A stretch of DNA of 50,207 nt from an uncultured Gammaproteobacteria bacterium. Lineage in GTDB: Bacteria > Pseudomonadota > Gammaproteobacteria > Magnimaribacterales > D2472. Where the stretch lies: NCBI GenBank assembly GCA_964455855.1, contig CAYVYQ010000001.1, positions 1 to 50,207 on the forward strand. The letters are read 5' to 3'. Shown piece by piece: positions 18,228-27,767 of the stretch. The stretch's first letter is position 1; each line of letters starts with the position of its first letter. The notes below the pieces were generated by a model that saw nothing but the letters and a program-made list of their open reading frames with translations, did not search any database and was not told the origin of the DNA. A program made the translations under genes and the position numbers.

Positions 18228-18303
18228 GGGTCGCTAGCTCAGCTGGTAGAGCAGTTCGCTTTTAACGAATTGGTCACAGGTTCGAATCCTGTGCGACCCA
18301 CCA
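18228..18303 (+). tRNA. tRNA-Lys (anticodon UUU)
   Basis: A cloverleaf can be drawn by hand: acceptor GGGTCGC/GCGACCC, D arm GCTC/GAGC, anticodon stem GTTCG/CGAAT with loop CTTTTAA, T arm ACAGG-TTCGAAT-CCTGT, discriminator A and encoded CCA. tRNA-Lys after ybgF/cpoB is conserved synteny. Confidence 0.95.
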
Positions 18304-18323
18304 TATTTCCAATCAATTAACTA

Positions 18324-19586
18324 ATGTCTTTTTCAATTACCTCGATAAAAAGCTTTGTAAAGAGGCTTTCGCTATCCTTCACCAAAGAATCTGGGCTTGC
18401 TGGTTTTTTCTTTTTTTTGGTTTTGTGCTCTTGGTATATTTTACGACCCGTTAGAAATGAAATGGCTGTTCAGAACTCAGATATTCTTCCATATCTTTTA
18501 GGTGCAGGAGCTTTTGTTATGCTGCTGTTGAATCCCATTTATTCATGGCTTGCTTCACGAAAAAATTTGAGAGGAGTGTTAATTGGTTGCTACTCATTCT
18601 TCATCATTAATTTGCTTATATTTATTACTTTATGGGAATTTTTTAACCTTTCCTCAGCCGTATGGTTGAGTCAGATTTTTTATATTTGGTGTAACGTCTA
18701 TTCTTTTTTTGTAGTTTCTATTTTTTGGGTAGTAATTATTAATCTTTTTCGCGGAGATCGGGCTACAAACGTTTTTGGTGTGATTGCTGCTGGTGGTTCA
18801 TTGGGGGCGTTTCTGGGTTCTGAGATTTCAAAACAATTGGCTTCAACATTCAACGAATCAGGTATTATTTTTTTTACATCAATTTCAATTATTTTCTTAA
18901 TGGCGGCTTTGGCAACAGGCCTTATCTTGCTAAATAGATTTGTAACCTCAGAAGATATAGATAAGGCTGCAGGCGGAACAAGTTTTGATGCTCTAAAAAA
19001 TCTGATTTCCTCTTCTCAAATAAGATCTATAGGGTTGTATATGTATCTATGGACTGCAATGATGACGGTCCATTGGGTTACATCAATTGATATTGTCAAT
19101 GCATGGTCTTCAGATGGGGGTGATAGAATTATATTTTTTAGCAGGATTGAGCAAACAGTCACAATCCTTACTTTATTTACCCAATTTTTCTTAACTTCTA
19201 CAATTATAAGATTTGCTGGCCCTAAAAATATCTTAATGTTCTACGGGTTTATATTTATGGGAGCATTTATTGGTTATTATCTTAACCCTTCGATAGGTTA
19301 TGTGTTCGTTATTACTATCATTTTAAGATTATTTGAGTATGGAATTAATAAACCAACAAGAGAAGTTGTTTTTAGCTATTTAAAAAGAACTGATAGATAT
19401 AAATCAACAGTAATGGTTGACACATTTTTGGTTAGAATGGGTGATTTTACAGGCAGTGGATTTATTCTTCTATCAAAATCATTTGGACTGGTATTTTCAC
19501 AAGTACCCTTATTAGCAATTCCATTTGCTGGATGTTTGGCTTTCCTTGGATTTAAGATTCCACCTGAGGAGAGAATTAGCCCTTAG
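18324..19586 (+). CDS. polytopic membrane transporter, MFS-like / ATP:ADP-antiporter (TLC/AAA) family-like, substrate unknown
   Basis: 420 aa with about 11-12 hydrophobic segments. The N-terminal FFFFLVLCSWYILRPVRNEMAV resembles the F..Y.ILR..KD motif that opens TLC/Npt-type carriers. The family call is from memory only. Confidence 0.55.
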   Translation: MSFSITSIKSFVKRLSLSFTKESGLAGFFFFLVLCSWYILRPVRNEMAVQNSDILPYLLGAGAFVMLLLNPIYSWLASRKNLRGVLIGCYSFFIINLLIFITLWEFFNLSSAVWLSQIFYIWCNVYSFFVVSIFWVVIINLFRGDRATNVFGVIAAGGSLGAFLGSEISKQLASTFNESGIIFFTSISIIFLMAALATGLILLNRFVTSEDIDKAAGGTSFDALKNLISSSQIRSIGLYMYLWTAMMTVHWVTSIDIVNAWSSDGGDRIIFFSRIEQTVTILTLFTQFFLTSTIIRFAGPKNILMFYGFIFMGAFIGYYLNPSIGYVFVITIILRLFEYGINKPTREVVFSYLKRTDRYKSTVMVDTFLVRMGDFTGSGFILLSKSFGLVFSQVPLLAIPFAGCLAFLGFKIPPEERISP

Positions 19587-21013
19587 AAACCTCTCCTTTT
19601 GCCTAATCTTTCTTTTGCAAATTTTATTTTCGTCATAATAGTTTCGGAAGTTTGGAAGGAATTACCTGAAAGACCCAACGCAAATTGAAATTGATTTAGC
19701 GCATTATCGAAATCTCCAATTAATGTGTAATACTCTCCTCGACTGAGATGATACCCAACAATATTTTTTCCAGCTCTTTGCACCTCTGATAATTGTATCC
19801 ATAAACCAGGATCACGATTTTTTCCAATCAAAAGATCTCTTAATATTTCTTCAGCTTTGATAAATTCTTTTTTAGAGCTTAAGATTTTTGATTTAATAAT
19901 TGATGCTGGATAGTTTCCTGGGGCAATGTTAAGCACTTGGTCAATATTTTCTTGAGCTTCATTTAACCTTTGTCCAGATAATAAAATTTCTGATTTTGTT
20001 ATATTGAGAATTAAATTCTTGGAAAATTTTTTTAAAAGCTCATCCATTTGATGTAATGCTCGATCAGTTTGCCCGTTAGCTTGAAGTGCACTTATGTATG
20101 CATACTTATTTTCATTAGTTGGCATATCTTCATACATTTTTTCAAAGTATCTAACTGCAGCCTGAGGTGACGACATGTAATATCTTGCTTTTAATCTTCC
20201 TTTAACAAATTCAAAGTTAATGGTATTTTTTTTACCCCCAGTGAATTCTATTTGATCAGCAGCATTAAATGCATCGCTCACTCTAGAGGATGTAACAGGA
20301 TGTGTTAATAAAAATTCAGGAGGGTTGTCTCCAGCTAATTTACGCACCTTGGCCATGTTCTCAAACATCTGACCCATGCCTGCTGGATCATAACCCGCTG
20401 CTATAAGGTTATTAAAGCCATATCTATCAGCTTCTCTTTCAAAAATTCGACTATATCTTAGTTGCTGCTGTTGTAATGCAGCAGGCCCCGTAATAAAAGC
20501 TGTTGGATTATTTGAGATGATAGCTAATGCTATAGCAGATACCATCACTAAAGATGAAGCCAGATTTGTATCTCTACCTCTTAATACATTTCGAGCAAAA
20601 TGTCGTTGACTCAAATGAGCTAACTCATGACCCAAAACAGAAGCTAATTGAGCCTCATTTCCTGCATTTAAAAATAAACCACCATTAACTCCTATAACCC
20701 CTCCTGGAGCAGCAAATGCATTTAGAGACTTTTCATCAATTAGCACGATGGTATATTTCCTATCTTTGACTTGAGAGGTCTCAGAAAGTCTATATATGAG
20801 CAGTTCAGTGTATTCTTGAATTATTGGATCATTTATCAATGGAGCTTGGGCATAAACTTGTTCTAAAAAACCTTGTCCTAACATTCTCTCTTGCTCTAGA
20901 GAAATCACTCCAGATACTCGATCACCTAAATTTGGTAAATTAAGGTCTTTCTCTTGCGAAATGGTTAGCTGAGATAAAAACAAGAAAAGAAAGAAAGAGC
21001 GTTTGATTAACAT
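19583..21013 (-). CDS. bepA: periplasmic M48 metalloprotease/chaperone with TPR domain (BepA/YfgC-like)
   Basis: Signal peptide, the HExxH motif HELAHLSQRH and a downstream ERE-ADRYG segment, then a TPR-like C-terminal half. 476 aa. Confidence 0.85.
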   Translation of the reverse strand: MLIKRSFFLFLFLSQLTISQEKDLNLPNLGDRVSGVISLEQERMLGQGFLEQVYAQAPLINDPIIQEYTELLIYRLSETSQVKDRKYTIVLIDEKSLNAFAAPGGVIGVNGGLFLNAGNEAQLASVLGHELAHLSQRHFARNVLRGRDTNLASSLVMVSAIALAIISNNPTAFITGPAALQQQQLRYSRIFEREADRYGFNNLIAAGYDPAGMGQMFENMAKVRKLAGDNPPEFLLTHPVTSSRVSDAFNAADQIEFTGGKKNTINFEFVKGRLKARYYMSSPQAAVRYFEKMYEDMPTNENKYAYISALQANGQTDRALHQMDELLKKFSKNLILNITKSEILLSGQRLNEAQENIDQVLNIAPGNYPASIIKSKILSSKKEFIKAEEILRDLLIGKNRDPGLWIQLSEVQRAGKNIVGYHLSRGEYYTLIGDFDNALNQFQFALGLSGNSFQTSETIMTKIKFAKERLGKRRGF

Positions 21014-21101
21014 TTGTTTATTATTTCAATTGCCTCTTAGCTTACACTATTGATTGTTTTCAATTAACATATCATTTTTGGGACAAAATTAAATATAAAA
21101 A

Positions 21102-22157
21102 GTGCTTGAAGATATAAATAATTTATTTAAGAAAATTTTTTCTAATGAGGAGACTTTAGTATTTGCATTATTGCTTACTATTGGTTTTTTAATCATATTT
21201 TTCTTAGGCAATATTTTAACTCCTTTTTTAATGAGTTTAATTTTTGCATATTTGCTTATAGGTATGCAGAAGCGTTTAGAGCACTATGGTCTTAATAGCA
21301 CAATTGCATTGGTTCTTACATATAGTTTCTTCTTGTTATTGGGTATTGCTTTAATGGTCTGGTTGGGTCCTTTGGTATACCAACAGCTTCAGTCGTTAAT
21401 TTTAGAAATTCCTAAATGGGTTAATTCATTTATGATTTTTGTGCAAAATGTTCCTGAAAATTATCCAGATTTGGTTTCTTCTGATCAAATCACAACATTT
21501 TTGCAAAGCCTGTCAGGTCAAATTACAGCAATCTCTCAGGATTTCTTAAAAGCTTCAATCGCAGGAATTCAAAATACGGTAACTATTGCTATAAATTTAA
21601 TCTTACTTCCAATCCTTGTGTTCTTTTTTTTATTCGATAGAGATTCAATAATTTCTGGTTTTCTAAGCATCCTGCCTAAAGAGAGAGCAATGCTGCAAAA
21701 CGTTTGGGTTGAGATGGATGATCAGTTAAGTAATTATGCAAGAGGAAAGGCGATAGAGATTGTAATTGTTGGTCTAGCAGCAGCTATTGTTTTTATGTAT
21801 TTTGATTTGCAATACATAGCCCTTTTATCAGTGCTAGTTGGATTTTCAGTTTTGATACCTTTCTTGGGAGCATTTATTGTAACTTTGCCAGTTGCTGCAT
21901 TGGGCTTGCTTCAATTTGGTTTAAGTTTTGATTTTTGGTTATTAATGGGGGCTTATTTAGCGTTACAAATCCTTGATGGGTATTTATTGGTCCCTGTGCT
22001 TTTTTCTGATGCAGTTAAACTGCATCCTGTTGTGATCATGTTGGCGGTTTTTGTTTTCGGGGCAATATTTGGTTTTTGGGGCGTATTTTTTGCAATACCA
22101 ATAGCTACTTTGATTAAAGCGATATGGAATTCATGGCCAGAAAACTTATCTAACTAA
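21102..22157 (+). CDS. perM: AI-2E family transporter (PerM/UPF0118)
   Basis: 351-aa polytopic protein with the typical central loop (LSNYARGKAIEI) and C-terminal GFWGVFFAIPIA motif. The GTG start is uncertain. Confidence 0.78.
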   Translation: MLEDINNLFKKIFSNEETLVFALLLTIGFLIIFFLGNILTPFLMSLIFAYLLIGMQKRLEHYGLNSTIALVLTYSFFLLLGIALMVWLGPLVYQQLQSLILEIPKWVNSFMIFVQNVPENYPDLVSSDQITTFLQSLSGQITAISQDFLKASIAGIQNTVTIAINLILLPILVFFFLFDRDSIISGFLSILPKERAMLQNVWVEMDDQLSNYARGKAIEIVIVGLAAAIVFMYFDLQYIALLSVLVGFSVLIPFLGAFIVTLPVAALGLLQFGLSFDFWLLMGAYLALQILDGYLLVPVLFSDAVKLHPVVIMLAVFVFGAIFGFWGVFFAIPIATLIKAIWNSWPENLSN

Positions 22158-22158
22158 A

Positions 22159-22635
22159 CTATCCAACTAATTCTTTGGTGGTATCAAGAACCTCTTGAAC
22201 ATGCCCCTTTACTTTCACAGATCTCCATTCCTTAAGAACCTTTCCTTTAGAATTTATAAGAAATGTGCTTCGATCTACCCCCATGTATTCTCTTCCATAC
22301 ATTGATTTTAATTTCATTACATTAAAGGCCTTGCATACTTTTTCATCTGGATCAGACAAAAGTTCAAATGGAAAACTTTGTTTGGACTTAAAGTTTTCAT
22401 GAGATTTAATTGATTCTCTAGATACTCCCAATATCTCAGTATTTAATTTTTTAAATTTTTTGTAGTTATCTCTGAATTCCTGTCCCTCAGTAGTGCACCC
22501 AGGAGTTGAGTCTTTTGGATAAAAATAAATTACAACATTTTGATTCTTAAAAGTTTCATTAGATATGATTTGATCACTCGTTGCATCAGCTTTGAACTTT
22601 GGACAGTTTTTTCCTTCTAAATTTTTAGCCATCAT
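22159..22635 (-). CDS. bcp: thioredoxin-dependent peroxiredoxin Bcp
   Basis: YFYPKDSTPGCTTEG carries the peroxidatic Cys motif of Bcp/PrxQ. 158 aa. Confidence 0.92.
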   Translation of the reverse strand: MMAKNLEGKNCPKFKADATSDQIISNETFKNQNVVIYFYPKDSTPGCTTEGQEFRDNYKKFKKLNTEILGVSRESIKSHENFKSKQSFPFELLSDPDEKVCKAFNVMKLKSMYGREYMGVDRSTFLINSKGKVLKEWRSVKVKGHVQEVLDTTKELVG

Positions 22636-22681
22636 TTCCTCAAAAAAAAGTGTATAGTTTCATTTTTTACTGAAAACATTC

Positions 22682-23581
22682 ATGATGCAACCCCTACAAG
22701 GCAGTTTAGTAGCCCTAGTTACTCCAATGCTAGAAAACGGAAGCTTGGATTTTAATGCTCTTGAAGCGCTAATAGAATGGCATATAGAATCTGGTACTAA
22801 TGGCATTGTATCTGTTGGAACAACAGGTGAATCGGCAACAGTAAGCGTTCCAGAGCATCTTGAGATTATAAATAAGACTATTAATTTTGTTGACGGAAGG
22901 GTGCCTGTGATTGCCGGTACTGGTGGAAATTCAACGCAGGAGGCTATTGAACTGACACAAACTGCCGCAGAGCTTGGGGCAGACTATGCCCTTCTAGTTA
23001 CTCCTTACTACAATAAACCAAATCAAGAGGGCTTATTTCACCACTTTATCAAAATTGCAGACTCAGCTGAGATTCCACAGATACTTTACAACGTTCCATC
23101 ACGAACTGCTTGTGATCTTATGCCTGAAACTGTAATGAGACTCGCCAATCATCAAAATATTGTTGGTATTAAAGAGGCGCTAGACAGCTCGGAGCGGTTT
23201 TCTGAACTTATAAAAATTTCTCAATCTATTGCTGATCAAAAAAATTTTTCAGTTTTTTCTGGTGATGATCCCACATTCAATTCTTTTATGGCAAATGGAG
23301 GTGATGGAGTTATTTCTGTGGCAGCGAATGTTGTTCCTAGCTATATTTCTCAGATTTGTTCATTAAATTTATCGGGTCAGTTTGATGAGGCAAAAGAGTT
23401 AAATTCCATATTAGAGAATTTATATGAACTTTTGTTTGTTGAATCTAATCCAATACCTGTAAAGTGGATTCTAAATAGAATGAAGAGAATTCAATCTGGT
23501 ATAAGGCTTCCTTTGGTGCCTTATAATGAGTCCTTTCATGAGAAAACTATAAATGAGATGATAAAATTGAAGCTACTATGA
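22682..23581 (+). CDS. dapA: 4-hydroxy-tetrahydrodipicolinate synthase
   Basis: GTTGESATVS, YNVPSRT and the Schiff-base lysine context IVGIKEA. 299 aa. Confidence 0.95.
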   Translation: MMQPLQGSLVALVTPMLENGSLDFNALEALIEWHIESGTNGIVSVGTTGESATVSVPEHLEIINKTINFVDGRVPVIAGTGGNSTQEAIELTQTAAELGADYALLVTPYYNKPNQEGLFHHFIKIADSAEIPQILYNVPSRTACDLMPETVMRLANHQNIVGIKEALDSSERFSELIKISQSIADQKNFSVFSGDDPTFNSFMANGGDGVISVAANVVPSYISQICSLNLSGQFDEAKELNSILENLYELLFVESNPIPVKWILNRMKRIQSGIRLPLVPYNESFHEKTINEMIKLKLL

Positions 23582-24576
23582 AATATTTAACAAATAATCC
23601 TTTTTTATTTCTTGTGATTTTAATTACCTCTTGTTCATATATTTCTGGGCCTGAGGGATTATTTCCCGAAACCAAAGATAAATTTTTTGAAGAGAGGCTG
23701 GCTCCAGATCTTCAATTGCCTTCATCTGAAATTGCAATAAATAAAGATGATCATTACCCTCCAATTAGTCAAGGCATTCCTGCTGCTGAGGTTCAAGACG
23801 TTCCAGCGCCAAGACAAATATTTTCTTCAGGAGAGTCCAATGAGGTCCAATTAAGGAGACTTGGTGAATTGATGTGGGTTTATGTAGAAACTTTGCCATC
23901 TACCTCATGGCCAATCACTAAGAATTACGTCGAAGCTTCACCGATGTCAATAATTGATGCAGATCCTGATGCTGGCATTATGCTAATTAAGCATTCTAAT
24001 AATTTAAATCTTAAAATTACTATTGAGCATGGAATTAAAGAGGCTTCCACTGAAATCTTTTTATCATCATATGATCTTGATAAAGATGTTTCACCAAAGC
24101 AGGACCCTGACTTTATCCAACAGGAATTAGAGAAAATAGTTCAATTTTTTGCAAGTTCTGCCTCTTCATTTTCTGGAACATCACTTGCAGCTCAAAACTT
24201 AAATGATAGAAAGAAAGCAAAAATTTTCAATGTTAATGACCAAACTATTATTGAGTTGAATCTTGGATTTGATAGGGCCTGGTCAGCTGTTAGTAGAGCT
24301 TTAGAGGCAGGCAATATTACTTCTAATGATATTGATAGAGATAATGGAATTTTCTTAGTCAGTTATTCAGTTGAATCTGATAGCAGAAGCTGGTTTTCTT
24401 TTCTTAACTTCAATGATGAGGAAATTAATGATTCACTCTTGCTTGGAGAATCAGCTGAATTTAGAATATTACTTGAATCAAAAAATGATAAAACTAACAT
24501 CATTGTTGAGTCCCTTGAAGGAATCAAAGAAGAGGCCGATGCTCTTTTGTCTAAAATTAATGAACTTTTAAGTTAA
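23578..24576 (+). CDS. bamC: outer membrane protein assembly factor BamC (NlpB)
   Basis: Lipobox LITSC and ~330-aa size. The conserved dapA-bamC adjacency with overlapping stop/start supports the call. Sequence is weakly conserved, so the call rests mainly on position and lipoprotein signal. Confidence 0.72.
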   Translation: MKYLTNNPFLFLVILITSCSYISGPEGLFPETKDKFFEERLAPDLQLPSSEIAINKDDHYPPISQGIPAAEVQDVPAPRQIFSSGESNEVQLRRLGELMWVYVETLPSTSWPITKNYVEASPMSIIDADPDAGIMLIKHSNNLNLKITIEHGIKEASTEIFLSSYDLDKDVSPKQDPDFIQQELEKIVQFFASSASSFSGTSLAAQNLNDRKKAKIFNVNDQTIIELNLGFDRAWSAVSRALEAGNITSNDIDRDNGIFLVSYSVESDSRSWFSFLNFNDEEINDSLLLGESAEFRILLESKNDKTNIIVESLEGIKEEADALLSKINELLS

Positions 24577-24582
24577 ATAATT

Positions 24583-25302
24583 ATGGAAAAAATATCACAA
24601 ATCACAACTGGTAAAGCTAAATCTTTGTACACCACCAAAGAACCTGATCAATTAATCATGGAGTTCAGAGACGATACTTCTGCCTTTGATGGAAAAAAAA
24701 TGGAGGCTTTGGATAATAAAGGTAAGGTTAACAATCAATTCAATGCTTTTGTAATGGAGTTTTTAGCATCAAAAGGCATCGAGACTCACTTTATAAAGCT
24801 GCTTTCAAACCACGAATCTTTGGTTTATAAATTAGAAATGTTTCCCATTGAGTGCGTTGTAAGAAATAGAGCAACAGGATCACTTTGCAAACGACTTGGA
24901 ATTGAAGATGGGTTGATACTCGATCCTCCGCTTTTTGAATTCTTTTTAAAAGACGATGATTTGGGAGATCCATTGATTAACGATCATCATATTGAGTCTT
25001 TCGGTTGGGCAACACAGGAAGATGCAGACGCCATGAGAGATTTGACACTTAAAATTAACGATATTCTGGTTGATTTTTTCATGGAAGCTAATCTAATTTT
25101 AGTAGATTACAAATTAGAGTTTGGAAAATTTCAAGGCAAGATGCTTCTAGCTGATGAATTTACTCCAGACGGTTGTCGTTTGTGGGATAAAGATACATTA
25201 ACTAAAATGGACAAAGACAGATTCCGTCAAGATCTAGGAAATGTTATTGAGACCTATGGTGAGGTAGGCGAGCGTCTTGGAATGCAAATAAAACTTGACT
25301 AA
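24583..25302 (+). CDS. purC: phosphoribosylaminoimidazole-succinocarboxamide (SAICAR) synthase
   Basis: GKAKSLY near the N-terminus, then [20 protein letters not shown] and DGCRLWD motifs. 239 aa. Confidence 0.95.
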   Translation: MEKISQITTGKAKSLYTTKEPDQLIMEFRDDTSAFDGKKMEALDNKGKVNNQFNAFVMEFLASKGIETHFIKLLSNHESLVYKLEMFPIECVVRNRATGSLCKRLGIEDGLILDPPLFEFFLKDDDLGDPLINDHHIESFGWATQEDADAMRDLTLKINDILVDFFMEANLILVDYKLEFGKFQGKMLLADEFTPDGCRLWDKDTLTKMDKDRFRQDLGNVIETYGEVGERLGMQIKLD

Positions 25303-25315
25303 ATTAGTCAGGTAT
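25291..25315 (+). promoter_or_regulatory. IscR type-1 operator
   Basis: AAACTTGACTAAATTAGTCAGGTAT matches the E. coli type-1 IscR motif ATASYYGACTRWWWYAGTCRRSTAT at 24 of 25 positions. The core palindrome is GACTAAATTAGTC (25297-25309). It spans the purC stop codon and ends 13 nt before the iscR ATG. Confidence 0.65.
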
Positions 25316-25322
25316 TGATAAT
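25295..25322 (+). promoter_or_regulatory. candidate sigma70 promoter of iscR (TTGACT-N16-GATAAT)
   Basis: The -35 TTGACT (25295-25300) and -10 GATAAT (25317-25322) are separated by a 16-nt spacer. The A of the iscR ATG (25329) is the 7th nt after the -10. No SD lies between them. Confidence 0.45.
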
Positions 25323-25328
25323 ACCTGC

Positions 25329-25766
25329 ATGAATTTCACAACCAAAAGTCGCTATGCTGTAAATGCCTTAGCTGATTTAGAGTACCTATCTAATTATGAA
25401 AGTCCAGTTGCCTTAAAGGATATTGCTGATAGACAGGGCATAGATTTAACTTATTTAGAGCAATTATTTAGAAAACTAAGAATCGCAGGCATTGTTAAAA
25501 GTGTTCGTGGGAGAAATGGAGGATATATATATGCCTCTCATCCTCAGGAGATAAGCATTAAACGTATTATGGATGCTGTTGAAGAAAACTTAGATGCAAC
25601 AAATTGTGCGGGTACGTCATCTTGCCATTCAGGCCAACAATGCAACTCACATAAGCTTTGGGATGATTTAAATAATGTAGTTGATGAATTTTTAAGTGAT
25701 ATTTCTATTACTGATCTTGTAGATAAGCCTAAAGATCCCCATATATACCTCAAGGAAATTAAATAA
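25329..25766 (+). CDS. iscR: Fe-S cluster assembly transcriptional regulator IscR (Rrf2 family)
   Basis: [11 protein letters not shown] parallels E. coli MRLTSKGRYAV. wHTH segment [10 protein letters not shown]. Cluster ligands are C-x5-C-x5-C-x2-H ([17 protein letters not shown]). Confidence 0.93.
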   Translation: MNFTTKSRYAVNALADLEYLSNYESPVALKDIADRQGIDLTYLEQLFRKLRIAGIVKSVRGRNGGYIYASHPQEISIKRIMDAVEENLDATNCAGTSSCHSGQQCNSHKLWDDLNNVVDEFLSDISITDLVDKPKDPHIYLKEIK

Positions 25767-26992
25767 TGAGTAGCGATATTAACTTACCAATATACATGGA
25801 TTATGCATCCACTACACCAGTAGATCCTAGGGTTGCAAAAAAAATATCTGATCACTTAACCATGGATGGAAATTTTGGTAATCCTGCTTCTAGATCACAT
25901 AAGTTTGGCTGGAAAGCTGAAGAGGCAGTTGAGGAGGCAAGATCTCATGTAGCAAATTTAGTTAACTGTGATCCCAGAGAAATAGTTTGGACTTCCGGAG
26001 CAACTGAAGCAGACAATCTAGCAATTAAGGGTATTGCTAATTTTTACCAAAAAAATGGAAAACATATCATTACTTCTAAAATAGAGCATAAAGCAGTGCT
26101 AGATCCATGCAGGCAGCTTGAAAGAGATGGTTTTGAAGTTACTTATCTTGAACCAAATGAGGGAGGTTTAATAACCCCTGAAGCAGTTTTAAACGCTATT
26201 AGAAACGATACTGTTCTAATTTCAATTATGCACATTAATAATGAGTTGGGCACCATTAACGATCTTGATGGTATTGGAAAGATTGCACGTGAAAAAGGCA
26301 TTTTTTTTCATGTAGATGCAGCTCAAAGCACTGGTAAGGTTGCTATTGACCTAAGCTCTCTTCCGGTTGACTTGATGTCATTTTCAGCCCATAAGACATA
26401 TGGACCTAAGGGAATAGGAGCCTTGTTTGTGCGAAGAAAACCTCGAGTTAGAATTGAAGCTCAAATTCATGGGGGTGGACATGAACGAGGCATGAGATCC
26501 GGAACACTCCCCACTCATCAAATAGTTGGAATGGGTGAAGCGTTTAGAATTGCAAAAGAAGAAATGGATGCTGACAAACAAAAGATTAAATCCCTTCATG
26601 ATAAGTTTTATGAATCTCTTTCAAAAATTGAAGAGATTTATGTGAATGGTGATATTGATAATAAAGTTTGCAATATCTTGAATATTAGCTTTGCTTATGT
26701 TGAAGGAGAATCATTAATTATGGCTTTAAAAGATATAGCGGTTTCCTCAGGATCAGCTTGCACATCTGCTAGTTTAGAGCCATCTTATGTTTTAAGAGCG
26801 CTTGGAAGAAAGGACGAGCTTGCATCCAGTTCTATTCGATTTTCTTTTGGAAGATTTACCACTGAGCAAGAAGTGGAATATACATTAACTTTAATTAACC
26901 ATGCTGTTGATAGACTTAGAGAGCTATCTCCATTATGGGAAATGTATTTGGATGGAATTGATCTTGATACAGTAGATTGGCAAACTCACTAA
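25766..26992 (+). CDS. iscS: cysteine desulfurase IscS
   Basis: PLP lysine context [12 protein letters not shown], catalytic loop [21 protein letters not shown] and N-terminal [15 protein letters not shown]. Confidence 0.97.
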   Translation: MSSDINLPIYMDYASTTPVDPRVAKKISDHLTMDGNFGNPASRSHKFGWKAEEAVEEARSHVANLVNCDPREIVWTSGATEADNLAIKGIANFYQKNGKHIITSKIEHKAVLDPCRQLERDGFEVTYLEPNEGGLITPEAVLNAIRNDTVLISIMHINNELGTINDLDGIGKIAREKGIFFHVDAAQSTGKVAIDLSSLPVDLMSFSAHKTYGPKGIGALFVRRKPRVRIEAQIHGGGHERGMRSGTLPTHQIVGMGEAFRIAKEEMDADKQKIKSLHDKFYESLSKIEEIYVNGDIDNKVCNILNISFAYVEGESLIMALKDIAVSSGSACTSASLEPSYVLRALGRKDELASSSIRFSFGRFTTEQEVEYTLTLINHAVDRLRELSPLWEMYLDGIDLDTVDWQTH

Positions 26993-27008
26993 ATACTGGG
27001 AGGTATTT

Positions 27009-27413
27009 ATGGCATATAGCAAAAAAGTCGTAGACAAATTTGAAAATACTATTAATGAGCCGGCAAAATATAATGTTGGAAGATTTGATCCAAAAGAAAT
27101 GAATGTAGGCACTGGAATGGTAGGAGCTCCAGCATGTGGCGATGTGATGAAACTTCAGATCAAATGTGAAAGCCAAGGTAATACTCATATTATTAAAGAT
27201 GTGAAGTTCAAGACTTATGGCTGTGGTTCAGCAATTGCTTCTTCAAGTGAATTAGTTGAGATGTTAATTGGGAAAACTTTAGAAGAAGCCAAAGAAATTA
27301 AAAATATTGATATCGTGGAAGCTCTAGAACTACCTCCTATAAAAATTCACTGCTCAGTTTTGGCTGAAGATTCTATCAAACAAGCAATAGAAGATTACGA
27401 ACAGAAGCAATAA
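27009..27413 (+). CDS. iscU: Fe-S cluster scaffold IscU
   Basis: GAPACGDVMKLQI, YGCGSAIASSS and LPPIKIHCSVLAEDSIK, with all three Cys ligands and the LPPVK-type chaperone motif present. Confidence 0.97.
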   Translation: MAYSKKVVDKFENTINEPAKYNVGRFDPKEMNVGTGMVGAPACGDVMKLQIKCESQGNTHIIKDVKFKTYGCGSAIASSSELVEMLIGKTLEEAKEIKNIDIVEALELPPIKIHCSVLAEDSIKQAIEDYEQKQ

Positions 27414-27419
27414 TTAATC

Positions 27420-27767
27420 ATGGATAAATTCTCTCCACAAGAGCTCAAATTTTCTGAAAAGGCAATTCTGCATTTTGCCTCCAGTCTGAAGAGCAATGCT
27501 AAAAGTGATGGGGTGAGAATTGGTGTAAGAAAAGCTGGATGCTCTGGCTTTGAATACTTTTTTGAGTTTGTTGAGACGAAATCAGATGACGCAAATGATT
27601 TCATTTTTAATGAAGGCGAATGCAAAATCTATGTTGATAAAGAAAGTTTAAATTACCTCAAAGGAAGTTTGGTAGATTATTCAGAGGATGGTCTTAACCA
27701 AGGAATTAAATTTCATAACCCAAATGCTAAAGCCGTATGCGGATGCGGTGAAAGTTTCACTATTTAA
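27420..27767 (+). CDS. iscA: A-type Fe-S carrier IscA
   Basis: GCSGFEY and C-terminal CGCGESF motifs. 115 aa. Confidence 0.93.
   Translation: MDKFSPQELKFSEKAILHFASSLKSNAKSDGVRIGVRKAGCSGFEYFFEFVETKSDDANDFIFNEGECKIYVDKESLNYLKGSLVDYSEDGLNQGIKFHNPNAKAVCGCGESFTI

Noticed and set aside
18228-19600. tRNA-Lys as the attachment site of an integrated island carrying the downstream transporter.
   Set aside because: There is no integrase or other mobility gene. I could not find a direct repeat of the tRNA 3' end (GGTTCGAATCCTGTGCGACCCACCA) downstream. By eye there is no compositional break.
25309-25327. Perfect 8-bp dyad CAGGTATT-GAT-AATACCTG, considered as a purC transcription terminator.
   Set aside because: It has a 3-nt loop and no downstream U-tract, and it covers the predicted iscR -10 element. 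It is more economically read as an operator or promoter-associated dyad (see the IscR finding).
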